From: Patescibacteria group bacterium
GTDB lineage: Bacteria; Patescibacteriota; Microgenomatia; UBA8517
Length of the DNA: 64,000 nt
Assembly: GCA_022868165.1 (NCBI GenBank)
Contig: JALHYA010000008.1
Coordinates: 38,444-102,443 of the forward strand
Reading direction: 5' to 3'
The position numbers were made by a program, and so were the translations under genes. Shown in pieces: positions 10,151-19,561 of this stretch. Position 1 is the stretch's first letter. Each line of letters begins with the position of its first letter. The notes under the pieces are model-generated. The model saw only the letters and a list, made by a program, of their open reading frames with translations. It ran no database searches and was not told the origin of the DNA.

Positions 10151-10840
10151 TCAATAGCAGGCCTCAACAAATATTCTCTTTAATGGAAATTTTTCATTTA
10201 ACAAAAGACTCTCCGATTCTTTAATAAATTCTCCCGAGCCGCTTAAGTAAATTCCCGTATTGGAATAAGAAAATCCTTTGGCAATTTTTGAGATTGTGTT
10301 ATTTATATGCCCGGTTTCTCCCTTCCAATCTTTTTCGGGCTTAGATAAAATAATTTTAAATGAGAAATTTCGGTTGGCTTTTGCGTAAGACTTAAGTAAA
10401 TCTTCCAGCACAATATCTTTTTTAAATCTCAAACCCCAAAGAAAAAATATCTTCTTGTCTTTACTTTTTAAAAGCTCTTTAATCATGGGCAAAAAAGGTG
10501 CAATTCCACAACCTGTGGCTGCAAAAATATGATTGTCCAATCTTTTATTTAAGAGGAAATTCCCTCTTGGGTTTAACGTTTTGATGACTTGCCCCTTTTT
10601 AATAGATTTTAAATAGGTGGTCCCGGGACCTCCCGGCGAGATATCTACAAAGATATCCCAAAATGGAAGTTCTTCCGGAAGACTGGCGATGGAATAACAG
10701 CGAAAAATATTATCTTTAACTTTAATCGTCACAAATTGGCCAACTTTATATTTAAAATCCCGGTTTTTGGATTTTAATTTTATTAAGTTAAACTTCCCGT
10801 TGAGTACCTTATTCGATATTACCTCGTGTTCGGAAAACAT
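10151..10840 (-). CDS. FAD/NAD(P)H ferredoxin-reductase-like oxidoreductase (FNR family)
   Basis: GQFV, RCYSIAS (RxYS), GPGT and ATGCGIAPF motifs; C-terminal aromatic residue (EACY). Confidence 0.85.
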   Translation of the reverse strand: MFSEHEVISNKVLNGKFNLIKLKSKNRDFKYKVGQFVTIKVKDNIFRCYSIASLPEELPFWDIFVDISPGGPGTTYLKSIKKGQVIKTLNPRGNFLLNKRLDNHIFAATGCGIAPFLPMIKELLKSKDKKIFFLWGLRFKKDIVLEDLLKSYAKANRNFSFKIILSKPEKDWKGETGHINNTISKIAKGFSYSNTGIYLSGSGEFIKESESLLLNEKFPLKRIFVEACY

Positions 10841-10841
10841 A

Positions 10842-10876
10842 TATTGACAATATCCGAATATAGATTAATGTCAATA
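10842..10876. promoter_or_regulatory. Overlapping divergent sigma70 promoters forming an inverted repeat
   Basis: TATTGACA (10842-49) and TGTCAATA (10869-76). Plus strand reads TTGACA-N16-TAATGT; minus strand reads TTGACA-N16-TATTGT-N6-ATG. Confidence 0.65.
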
Positions 10877-10894
10877 GATGTACAGAATCTTTAA

Positions 10895-12079
10895 ATGAAA
10901 ACAATCTATTTTGACAACGCGGCAACAACTCCGGTCGATAAAAAAGTTATAAAAGAGATGTCTCCATTCTTCAATATCAGATATGGCAACTCATCTGAGT
11001 ACCATTCTCTAGGGCTAGATTCTAAAGCAGCAATTGAAGCCTCCAGGAGAAAAATTGCAAACTTTTTGGGATGTAAACCTTCGGAAATAATTTTTACATC
11101 CTCGGCGACCGAATCGATTAATCTTTCTCATAAGGGTTTAATTGAAAATATTCTCGAAGAGTTCAAGGGTTTGAAACTTAAGCCGCATATCATCACAACC
11201 CAAATCGAACATAAGGCGGTTTTGGAGACCTGTAGACACTTAGAAAAACTTGACTGGGCAGAAGTAACCTATCTTCCGGTTGACACCCACGGTCTAATAA
11301 AACTAAGTACGCTCAAAAAGATGATAAGGGAAAACACTGTTTTGGTATCTATTATGTATGTTAATAATGAGGTCGGGACAATTGAACCCGTTTCGGATAT
11401 AGGAAAATTGATTAAAAAAGAAAATCTTAAACGAAAACATAAGATACTTTTCCATACGGATGCGACTCAAGCAGTTCAATATCTGGATTGCAAAGTAAAT
11501 AAGCTTGGAGTCGATTTTCTTTCTTTAACTGGACATAAAATTTATGCCCCAAAGGGGATCGGAGCTCTTTTTGTCCGCAAGGGGATTTCCCTAATCCGCC
11601 AAATCGACGGAGGTGCACAGGAAAATGGTTTGAGATCAAGCACGGAAAATGTCCCCTACATCGTTGCTCTGGGAGCAGCCATAGAGCAAATCAAAAAACA
11701 AAAATCTCGTGCAAACGTCAAAAAGAACCGCGATTTCTTAATAAAACAGGTTTTGCAAATCCCCGGAGTAATTCTTACGGGGCACCCCAAATCGCGGGCA
11801 CCACACATTGCGTCTTTTATTATTAAGGGTATCGAAGGAGAATCTGTAGTTCTTAGACTTTCTGAAGAGGGAATCTATGCATCATCCGGTTCTGCTTGCA
11901 CCTCTGCAAGTCTAGAACCTTCGCATGTATTAACGGCGATGGGCTTTATCCCCGAAGAAAGCCATGGTTCAATTAGACTTTCCTTGGGAAAAAATTCTAC
12001 AAAAAGTGAGGTCTTATTTTTAATGTCTAAATTGCCGAAAATAATTGAGGATTTAAGAAAAATGTCCCCACTAAACTAA
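10895..12079 (+). CDS. iscS: Cysteine desulfurase (IscS/NifS group I)
   Basis: YFDNAATT, HTDATQ, TGHKIYAPKG (PLP lysine), SSGSACTS (catalytic Cys). Confidence 0.95.
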   Translation: MKTIYFDNAATTPVDKKVIKEMSPFFNIRYGNSSEYHSLGLDSKAAIEASRRKIANFLGCKPSEIIFTSSATESINLSHKGLIENILEEFKGLKLKPHIITTQIEHKAVLETCRHLEKLDWAEVTYLPVDTHGLIKLSTLKKMIRENTVLVSIMYVNNEVGTIEPVSDIGKLIKKENLKRKHKILFHTDATQAVQYLDCKVNKLGVDFLSLTGHKIYAPKGIGALFVRKGISLIRQIDGGAQENGLRSSTENVPYIVALGAAIEQIKKQKSRANVKKNRDFLIKQVLQIPGVILTGHPKSRAPHIASFIIKGIEGESVVLRLSEEGIYASSGSACTSASLEPSHVLTAMGFIPEESHGSIRLSLGKNSTKSEVLFLMSKLPKIIEDLRKMSPLN

Positions 12080-12083
12080 ACCT

Positions 12084-12500
12084 ATGGAAGATTTTTCTGA
12101 ATATTATTCGCCTCTTGTTTTGAAACACGTTTCCAAGCCTCAAAATATGGGAAAAATAAAAAACCCGGATGGGGTTGCAATGGTTGGTAACCCTGTCTGC
12201 GGAGATATTATGAAATATTATATTAAGGTTGAGAACAAAAAAGGAACTCTCTATATAAAAGATATTAAATTTCAGACTCTCGGATGCGGGGCGGCTATCG
12301 CAACTTCAAGCATCCTAACCACTTTAGTCAAAGGAAAATCACTTAATGAGGCGTTGAAAGTTACTAAAGGCACTATAGTGAAAGTTCTGGGTGGGCTACC
12401 GACCGCCAAGATACATTGTTCTGTTCTAGCAGACGAGTGTTTTAATCTGGCCGTTAAAAACTACAAACAGAAGTTAAAAACCAAACGTCAGCGAAAATAA
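12084..12500 (+). CDS. iscU: Fe-S cluster scaffold IscU/NifU-N
   Basis: GNPVCGD, GCGAAIA and LPTAKIHCS: three conserved Cys and an LPPVK-like motif. Confidence 0.93.
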   Translation: MEDFSEYYSPLVLKHVSKPQNMGKIKNPDGVAMVGNPVCGDIMKYYIKVENKKGTLYIKDIKFQTLGCGAAIATSSILTTLVKGKSLNEALKVTKGTIVKVLGGLPTAKIHCSVLADECFNLAVKNYKQKLKTKRQRK

Positions 12501-12506
12501 CTGGAG

Positions 12507-13604
12507 CTACTTTTCAAAAAATTTCTTGATCGCCCTTACAACCTCATCAACTTGCGCTTGCGTCATCATAATATGGCAAGGCAAAGAAACAACACTTTTA
12601 GCCAACATTCTGCAAACAGGTATTTTTGCTTTTCCGTAATCTTTTTTCAGAAAAGGTTGGTCCGGGATTGGAACCGGGAAATGAATTAAAGTAGGAATCC
12701 CCTTAGTGGCCAAATATTTTCTCAGCTCGTCTCTTTTAGAAGTTTTTATCACAAATTGATGAAAATTCGAATCGTCCCATTTTTCAGGAAGTATTAGCTT
12801 TAAACCTTTAATATTTTTAAGTTTCTCTATATACCTTTTTGCAATTTTTCTCTTTTTCCTATTATCTTGGTTCAGATATTTTAATTTGACTCTTAAAAGT
12901 GTGGCCTGTAGTTCATCCAATCTGCTATTCAAGCCATATCTTAGGTGTACATATTTAGACTCTTGTCCGTAGTCGCGAATTTCGGCACAGATTTTCGCAA
13001 CCTTTTTGTTGTTAGTAACAATAGCACCAGCATCTCCGAAGGCTCCCAGATTTTTAGTCGGATAGAAACTAAAGCACCCGACATCTCCAAAAGTTCCCAA
13101 TATTTTCCCCTTGCATATTGAGCCGTGAGCTTGGGCTGTGTCTTCTATCAAAAATAGGTCGTGTTTCTTACAAATTTCCTTAATCTTATCTATCTCTGCC
13201 GGCTGCCCATAAAGATGCACCGGCATTACAGCTTTGGTTTTCTTTGTAATAGCTTTTTCTATTAAATCGGCGTTTATTTGGGCCACTTCGTTGGCATCTA
13301 CAAAGACCGGTTTAGCTCCAGCTGCGATTATTGAAAGCGTAGTCGCTACCGCCGAAAGAGGTGTTGTTATTACTTCATCGCCCTTGCCTATGCCTAAAGC
13401 CATTAAGGATATTTGAAGCGCTTCCAAACCATTTCCGACCCCTATGCAATATTTGACTTTCAGATACTCTGAAAATTCTCCTTCAAATTTTTTGACCTCT
13501 TCTCCTAAAATGTACCAACCCGAGTGTAAAACTCTTCGAAAAGCTTTGTCATATTCGCTAAACCTTAGCTCTGCCTCTTTTGGAAAATCGTTAAACTTTA
13601 CCAT
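12507..13604 (-). CDS. fdtB: DegT/DnrJ/EryC1/StrS sugar aminotransferase (FdtB/QdtB-like)
   Basis: SGWYILG, EDTAQAHG, SFYPTKNLG and NSRLDELQA motifs; adjacent to the fdtA-like gene. Confidence 0.8.
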   Translation of the reverse strand: MVKFNDFPKEAELRFSEYDKAFRRVLHSGWYILGEEVKKFEGEFSEYLKVKYCIGVGNGLEALQISLMALGIGKGDEVITTPLSAVATTLSIIAAGAKPVFVDANEVAQINADLIEKAITKKTKAVMPVHLYGQPAEIDKIKEICKKHDLFLIEDTAQAHGSICKGKILGTFGDVGCFSFYPTKNLGAFGDAGAIVTNNKKVAKICAEIRDYGQESKYVHLRYGLNSRLDELQATLLRVKLKYLNQDNRKKRKIAKRYIEKLKNIKGLKLILPEKWDDSNFHQFVIKTSKRDELRKYLATKGIPTLIHFPVPIPDQPFLKKDYGKAKIPVCRMLAKSVVSLPCHIMMTQAQVDEVVRAIKKFFEK

Positions 13605-14028
13605 GTGTTTTTACCCTCTTCTTCAACATATATCTAAACTGTTCATAATCTCGAATATAATCCCCGGGGTCAAATATTTTAGAGGCCAAGACCAGCAGTA
13701 TTGTGTTCTTATCCATATCCAACATCTCGTGCCAAACCATAGGTTCTAACATCATTCCATCCTCAGGGTTTGTCAAAACAATTTCTTCCCTATCCTTTCC
13801 ATCATCGACAACCATTCTTACCTTTCCTTTTATACAAAACAAAATTTGTCGTGTCGTTTTGTGGACGTGTTTTCCCCTTGGAAGGCCCGGCAATGCGGAA
13901 AAAATATAATAAATTCTTTTTATCTCAAAGGGGATTTGGTCCGGATATTGGGCGAAACACAAAAAAGCATCATCGTATATTTTCGGTACTTTAATAATAT
14001 GAATTAGACTTTTTTTGTTTTTGGCCAT
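13591..14028 (-). CDS. fdtA: dTDP-4-keto-6-deoxyhexose 3,4-ketoisomerase (FdtA/QdtA cupin)
   Basis: IPFEIKRIYY, RGKHVH (His pair), WHEM, LLVLAS and DYIRDY motifs. Confidence 0.88.
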   Translation of the reverse strand: MAKNKKSLIHIIKVPKIYDDAFLCFAQYPDQIPFEIKRIYYIFSALPGLPRGKHVHKTTRQILFCIKGKVRMVVDDGKDREEIVLTNPEDGMMLEPMVWHEMLDMDKNTILLVLASKIFDPGDYIRDYEQFRYMLKKRVKTHGKV

Positions 14029-15023
14029 AGATAACTTCTAGCCCTCCAATAAACCGGGCCAATAAGCCTTGATAACGAATTTTTGACCTTTTGGCCAGAT
14101 TCAATTCTGGGTCCGACAATTGTAAATGAAGCGTCTATTTTTCTCAACTTAAGAAGCTGTTTTCCAATCTCTTCTTTATATGGTTCGTAAATTACATCTA
14201 ATGTGGTCTTTTTTAGATTGTAACCATGTGTATTTTCGAAGGAGTTGTCTCCTAATATTTGAAATTGGTGAAAATGATAACAAATTAACCGGGAGCAGTT
14301 TATGTAAATTTGGCCTTTCTTTTCGCTTACCTTATATTGGCCAATGTTCCACGGCGCGGCATCTATACCTATATTTTTGGAAATCTGAAGTCCCTTGTAG
14401 AGTTTGGGCCACTCATTCAGGTAGAGTTGGTCTCCCAGTTTTCCGTCTTCAAGTCTCCAATAACACCAATCCAAACATTGCCTTCTCCATCTTTTTAAAC
14501 ATTTAATGCCTTCGACATCTTTCCTAAAAATCTGAAAAGCGACATTAAATCTCCCCGAAGTTCCTATTTTCGATTCTTCACCCTTGGGAAATCTATGTTC
14601 AACGGAATAGATAGACTTATTTCCCATTTCCCTGTAAACGGGACTTACCGGAGAATAAAAATATAAATCGGCATCTAAATAACATACATACTCAATCTCT
14701 GGATTTTTTCTAAAAATATATAAAGGTAAAGACGGGGTGGATGTCCAATAATACTCGATCATTGTTCTGGTTTTCTTTGCCTTCAACAACGCTTTATCTT
14801 CAAAGTCTTTAAGTTTTATTACTTTAACTCCCTTTAGCTTGAGTTTTTCCAAAATTTTTCTGGTATAGTCGTCGAAAGCTAAAATCCAAAGTCTTGCGTC
14901 GGGATTGCGTCTTATAAAAGACGCGTGCATGGACAATCCCTTTAAAAGGTATCCCTTGTCAAAATATGTACAATAAATAATGTTTTTTGAGGTGGGTGTC
15001 ATTAAATTAGTTTCTGCATTCAA
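14004..15023 (-). CDS. Putative GT-A glycosyltransferase (uncharacterised, GT8-like)
   Basis: YCTYFDKGYL start, YLDADLYF (DxD), GRFNV, GDQLYL, APWN and YHFH motifs. Confidence 0.65.
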   Translation of the reverse strand: MNAETNLMTPTSKNIIYCTYFDKGYLLKGLSMHASFIRRNPDARLWILAFDDYTRKILEKLKLKGVKVIKLKDFEDKALLKAKKTRTMIEYYWTSTPSLPLYIFRKNPEIEYVCYLDADLYFYSPVSPVYREMGNKSIYSVEHRFPKGEESKIGTSGRFNVAFQIFRKDVEGIKCLKRWRRQCLDWCYWRLEDGKLGDQLYLNEWPKLYKGLQISKNIGIDAAPWNIGQYKVSEKKGQIYINCSRLICYHFHQFQILGDNSFENTHGYNLKKTTLDVIYEPYKEEIGKQLLKLRKIDASFTIVGPRIESGQKVKNSLSRLIGPVYWRARSYLWPKTKKV

Positions 15024-15747
15024 AATAGCACTCCAGTCTCCCTGGCCAATTTGAAGTATAAGTTTTAACTCGTTTAAATTTTATCCCCAGAAATTTATTT
15101 AAATCTTTTACCGAGGAGAATTCGTTTTTATGTTCCATATTATGATAACCTTTATCAGAAAATACCGGTGTTGAACCCATCAGAAGTCCATCCGGTTTCA
15201 TCATTTTCCTAATTTTTTCTAGCAATAATAATCCATCGCGTTTTGAGAAGTGCTCAATCACAGCAAATAACAAAATTAAATCAAATTTTTTGTCCTTGGG
15301 CTCCCACTTTAAAATATTTCGATTGATAAACGTTACATTAGACCGGTTGTAATATCTTTTTGCGTGGCTAATGGCACGAGAGTCAAGGTCTATAGCCAAC
15401 ACTTCCTTCGCTACGGCAGAATAAAAAAGGCCACTAAAAATACCGTCGCCGCATCCGATATCGAGCACGCTGCTGTTTTTCTTTATAACTCTATTGACAA
15501 AAAATGCTCTCTCGAGCCAAAAAATATTATCTATTCCTCTTAAATAATCAAAACGATGATCAAACCAGCTAATACCTTGCAAGCTCCAAATAGATGTATA
15601 AAATCTCCCAATTAATCTTGAAAAACGGATTAATAAATCAGCACTTCTGCTTAAAAGAAAAAACTGAAATTTGCCAAAACGATATACGATTTTCGATAAA
15701 AAGCGGTTCTTTAAAAAAATAAAAACTTTTATTTTATCTTTCATCAA
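15007..15747 (-). CDS. Class I SAM methyltransferase
   Basis: VLDIGCGDG, FDLILLFAVIEH and GSTP motifs. Confidence 0.85.
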   Translation of the reverse strand: MMKDKIKVFIFLKNRFLSKIVYRFGKFQFFLLSRSADLLIRFSRLIGRFYTSIWSLQGISWFDHRFDYLRGIDNIFWLERAFFVNRVIKKNSSVLDIGCGDGIFSGLFYSAVAKEVLAIDLDSRAISHAKRYYNRSNVTFINRNILKWEPKDKKFDLILLFAVIEHFSKRDGLLLLEKIRKMMKPDGLLMGSTPVFSDKGYHNMEHKNEFSSVKDLNKFLGIKFKRVKTYTSNWPGRLECYFECRN

Positions 15748-15759
15748 ATTGTTGTTGGC

Positions 15760-16875
15760 TTATAAATATTTTTCTATTATTTCTGCAAGTTCTTTCATTC
15801 TTTTTGGGTAACCATGTTCCTTGAGAGTCCTTATTTGACCGGCGTCGGCAATTTTTTTCCTCTTCTCGTCCTTTTTCAAAAAATATTTGACCTCTTGGAT
15901 TATATCTAAAGCGTTCCTATAAGAAATCATTTCTCTACCGTCGATAAACAAATCATTTAAATTTTTCTTATAATCTGTCAGTAGCATAGTTCCCATTCCC
16001 GTTGCCTCATATAATCGCATATTGTTCGCATATTTCCCGGAAACACTAATGTGCCTGTTGAGAACGATTTTGCTTTGTGCCAGTATCTTGTACATTTCAA
16101 GTCCCCAGGCTTCGCCATGATAATTTTTCCGAAGAGGAGATAACGGCGATAAAAATTCGATTCCCTGTCCCCAAACATGAATCGGGATTTGCTTTGCTAC
16201 TTCCTCCAAAATCTTTGTTCCTTTTCGATGATATGGAGTGAAACTTCCAATAAATGTAACATTATAAATTCTTTCTTGCTTGCCGACCTTTTTTAAAACT
16301 CTTGGTTCGAAGGCTAATTTGTGGTATTCGCTTTTTATTCCCATTTTGCGAAACATTTTTACGTAGTGAGGAAAGGAAGTAATTATCAAATCAAAACATT
16401 TTAAATTTTCTTTCGAAGGCAGCGGGCTGGCAATTTGACCAACCAACAGGCGGCAATATTTTTTAACTTTGTTAAGCGCTTGCAGGGACAACACCCCTAA
16501 GTTTTGGAAATATACAACATCGGCATCGGCTCTTTTTATTTGCTCCAAAGCTATTTGCTCTAGCCAACTGGGTTGGCCCAGTATTTTATTTACATAAGGA
16601 AGAGCCTGAAACTTTGAAAGAATATTATCTCTTCCAATTTTTAGGCCGTTTTCGTCTGCCCACTTTTTCTGAAGAATTTCATCGTTTATTATCAAATCTT
16701 CCGCATCATAACCAAGTTTCCTTAAGTTAAACGAAAAAAAGTCCGATGTTCCAAAAGAACTAGCCAATAAATTTAAATGAATTTGTTTGTAGCTTTTCCG
16801 AATAAGCGATTCGTTCTTTCGCCAAAAGCTTTTTAGAAAATCGGGATAATAAGTATCAACAAAGATAATTTTCAT
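15760..16875 (-). CDS. CgeB-like / Glyco_trans_1_2 GT-B glycosyltransferase
   Basis: SKIVLNRH, NNMRLYEATG and LLTD motifs. Confidence 0.82.
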   Translation of the reverse strand: MKIIFVDTYYPDFLKSFWRKNESLIRKSYKQIHLNLLASSFGTSDFFSFNLRKLGYDAEDLIINDEILQKKWADENGLKIGRDNILSKFQALPYVNKILGQPSWLEQIALEQIKRADADVVYFQNLGVLSLQALNKVKKYCRLLVGQIASPLPSKENLKCFDLIITSFPHYVKMFRKMGIKSEYHKLAFEPRVLKKVGKQERIYNVTFIGSFTPYHRKGTKILEEVAKQIPIHVWGQGIEFLSPLSPLRKNYHGEAWGLEMYKILAQSKIVLNRHISVSGKYANNMRLYEATGMGTMLLTDYKKNLNDLFIDGREMISYRNALDIIQEVKYFLKKDEKRKKIADAGQIRTLKEHGYPKRMKELAEIIEKYL

Positions 16876-16876
16876 T

Positions 16877-18028
16877 TTAGTTATCTAAAATTTTTCTAAG
16901 GTTGTGGGCTTCGACAGTCTGCGAAAAATATTTGATTACTCTTTTTCTTCCTTCATTGCCCATCTTGCTTCTAAGTTCTGCATCGTTCCCTAATTTTACA
17001 AATGCTTTTGCTTGCGCTTCCACATCACCCGGATTAATAAGAATCCCAGTTTTATTGTTTACAACTGTTTCTGCTGGTCCACCACTAGTCGTTGCGACTA
17101 CCGGAATCCCGTAAGACATAGCTTCTAATATTGCAACTCCTAAGGCTTCTGTTTGATGCGACTTTTCTCCTTTAATATTATGCTCGGTAAATATATCTGT
17201 ATCCTTAAATAACGAGATTGCGGTCGGCCTATCTACCGCTCCTAAGATTTTTATTCTTTCCGAATATTTAGATTTATTTCTAATTGACAAACATCTATCT
17301 CTTAATTCTCCATCTCCGGCAATAACAAGATCTCCGGCAAACCCCATTTCGCATGCTCTTTCGAACGCCATGGTGGTTCTGTCTGGAGATTTAAAATCTA
17401 CCAATCGACCTAGATGAAGAATTTGAACACGACCGTTTTTTTTATGCACAACTTTATGCGATGGGATTTGCACACCTAAATATTTAACGACAATTCTTTC
17501 TGGTAAAATCCCAAAATCCTTTACTAAAATTCTTTTTGTATATTTTGAGTTTGCAAGGAGGATTGCCCTCTGCGAGAGATCTCTTATTCCATTTTTGTAA
17601 TCCTTACTGAAATGTTTCTTTTGAGGATTGTTATCTTCTCTGATATCCAAATGGATATCGTAACCATGGAAGTGAACAAAAACTTTAATGCTCCTGTTCT
17701 TTTCCCAAACATCAGTAAACCGCAAAGCAAAATCCCCATAATTGACCAAAACAGTATTAATTTTGTAATGATAAATAACATTATTGATAATTTCGCTTGG
17801 TGTAAGCGCCACTTTTTTCCCTAATAGACGAGAGAGAAGCCTTCTAACGGCAGTTTCGTAATTTGAAAGACAAATTATAGGAATAGAATTTTTCCAAAAT
17901 CTGTCACGGCCACTATTCCACAAACAAATTACCTTTAACTGTTTTCCCAAGTCATCCATCATGTTGTCCATCCAACTTTCAGAAAAAGTTTTCCAATTAG
18001 GCCTTAGAAATAAAACATTATTATTCAT
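16877..18028 (-). CDS. GT4 glycosyltransferase
   Basis: HFHGYD, GRLVDFK and EALGVAILEAMSYGIPVV (EX7E). Start moved to ATG 18028. Confidence 0.9.
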   Translation of the reverse strand: MNNNVLFLRPNWKTFSESWMDNMMDDLGKQLKVICLWNSGRDRFWKNSIPIICLSNYETAVRRLLSRLLGKKVALTPSEIINNVIYHYKINTVLVNYGDFALRFTDVWEKNRSIKVFVHFHGYDIHLDIREDNNPQKKHFSKDYKNGIRDLSQRAILLANSKYTKRILVKDFGILPERIVVKYLGVQIPSHKVVHKKNGRVQILHLGRLVDFKSPDRTTMAFERACEMGFAGDLVIAGDGELRDRCLSIRNKSKYSERIKILGAVDRPTAISLFKDTDIFTEHNIKGEKSHQTEALGVAILEAMSYGIPVVATTSGGPAETVVNNKTGILINPGDVEAQAKAFVKLGNDAELRSKMGNEGRKRVIKYFSQTVEAHNLRKILDN

Positions 18029-18914
18029 TTTTAGGAAAACAATACACATCAAAAACATCATAGGGATATTCAATTTTTCCTTTTCTAAAAATGAGATTAA
18101 CAAAATGGTCAGTTTCAAAAGTGAACATTAAATAATTCAGGCGTTTAAGAAAATTGTAAACTTTTTCTATCGAGTGGCCCGATCTCAATGCGGTATCCCT
18201 GTTAAATTCCACAACCAACTTTGGTTTCATCTTGACTAAGGTCCTCTTGGCGCCCAGTAGGGTATAGTATTCAGATCCTTCTATGTCAATCTTGATAAAA
18301 TCGACATGTTTAATTCGATTTTTAATTAGATAGTTATCTAGAGTCGTCGTCTCAACAACACGCCCTCTCATTTTTACTTTTTTATCTGTGATATAACCTA
18401 AGCCACTACAATGTTTAATGATCTTGATGTTAGGAAAAATCCTATCGTTAGAAAAAACAAAAAAAGATTTTCCCGATTTATTTGAAATAGCCAAATTTTC
18501 GCATTTTACCCACGAAAAATTATTAATCCTAACGTTTGTTTTCAGTTTATCGAATATTTCTTCCGAGGGCTCAAAGCTTATTACTCTTCCTTTTTCTCCG
18601 ACTAGACTAGAGAAAAGAAGCGTAAACCAGCCTCTCTCCGCACCCATATCTATTACTGTTTGTCCAGGAAAAATCAAACGGGAAACGACAGAGGACATTC
18701 TAGTATCGTAGACTCCAAAAAAATATATGCCGTATGACATATAATCGGACGGAGAAACGAACATTTTAAATCCATAATTGGTCGAAACTTCAACTTCCCG
18801 ATGAGAAGCTATCTTCCTAATCTTGTCCCTTGCAAACATATTTAGTTTGTCCTGAAATACTCCTGGTTTTCTGACTATCCAAAGGCATATGTATCTAAAA
18901 AAACGTTCTATCAT
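18021..18914 (-). CDS. FkbM-family methyltransferase
   Basis: IDMGAERG, SFEPS and FIKIDIEGSE motifs. Start set at ATG 18914. Confidence 0.88.
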   Translation of the reverse strand: MIERFFRYICLWIVRKPGVFQDKLNMFARDKIRKIASHREVEVSTNYGFKMFVSPSDYMSYGIYFFGVYDTRMSSVVSRLIFPGQTVIDMGAERGWFTLLFSSLVGEKGRVISFEPSEEIFDKLKTNVRINNFSWVKCENLAISNKSGKSFFVFSNDRIFPNIKIIKHCSGLGYITDKKVKMRGRVVETTTLDNYLIKNRIKHVDFIKIDIEGSEYYTLLGAKRTLVKMKPKLVVEFNRDTALRSGHSIEKVYNFLKRLNYLMFTFETDHFVNLIFRKGKIEYPYDVFDVYCFPKNE

Positions 18915-19561
18915 TATTTCTTTGCTACCAGAATTAGATATGTACAATTCACGCCACTTGCCACAACTCTCTCTCTTTTCGACAATATATACTGGGTAAT
19001 TTGAAATAGAACGGCCACGGGATCTTGAATAAATTTAGGAAGACGAAGAACTATTCCGTCTTGTAAAAGCTGAAGTCCTGTACTTCTTAAACCCATAATG
19101 TCGTGGAGGTCTATTACTTTTAAGCCCGAAGCTGTCACTATTTTTCTCAGACCATCAGGAGTCCATCGCCAAAAGTCAGCTGGATCCGGGTGATACATCC
19201 AAAAACCGTGCGTTGTTAGAAACAAAAGACCATTTTTCTTCAAAACCCGCTTGCTTTCTCTTAAATACAACGCGGGGTCGGGCACATGTTCCAATACCTG
19301 CGTCGACAAAACAATATCGACGGTACTACCGGATACCGGCAAGGTTCCGTTTCTTTTTAAGTGTCGATTTGCATTTTTGTTCCGATTTAAGTCGACCTCT
19401 ATATAATTTGTCGAGTTCCCCCGAAAAATACTTTTATATCGTTTCTCTCCACATCCGTAATCCACAATCGTTAGGCCTTTTTTATTTTCCAGAAACTTGA
19501 TATAAAATTTTTCGACTTCTTCTCGAAGCCATCTTGCCGCATTAAATCTTTGTATTTCCAT
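18914..19561 (-). CDS. Class I SAM methyltransferase (type 11)
   Basis: VDYGCGE, VLSTQVLEHV and HPDPADFWRWT motifs. Confidence 0.87.
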   Translation of the reverse strand: MEIQRFNAARWLREEVEKFYIKFLENKKGLTIVDYGCGEKRYKSIFRGNSTNYIEVDLNRNKNANRHLKRNGTLPVSGSTVDIVLSTQVLEHVPDPALYLRESKRVLKKNGLLFLTTHGFWMYHPDPADFWRWTPDGLRKIVTASGLKVIDLHDIMGLRSTGLQLLQDGIVLRLPKFIQDPVAVLFQITQYILSKRERVVASGVNCTYLILVAKK

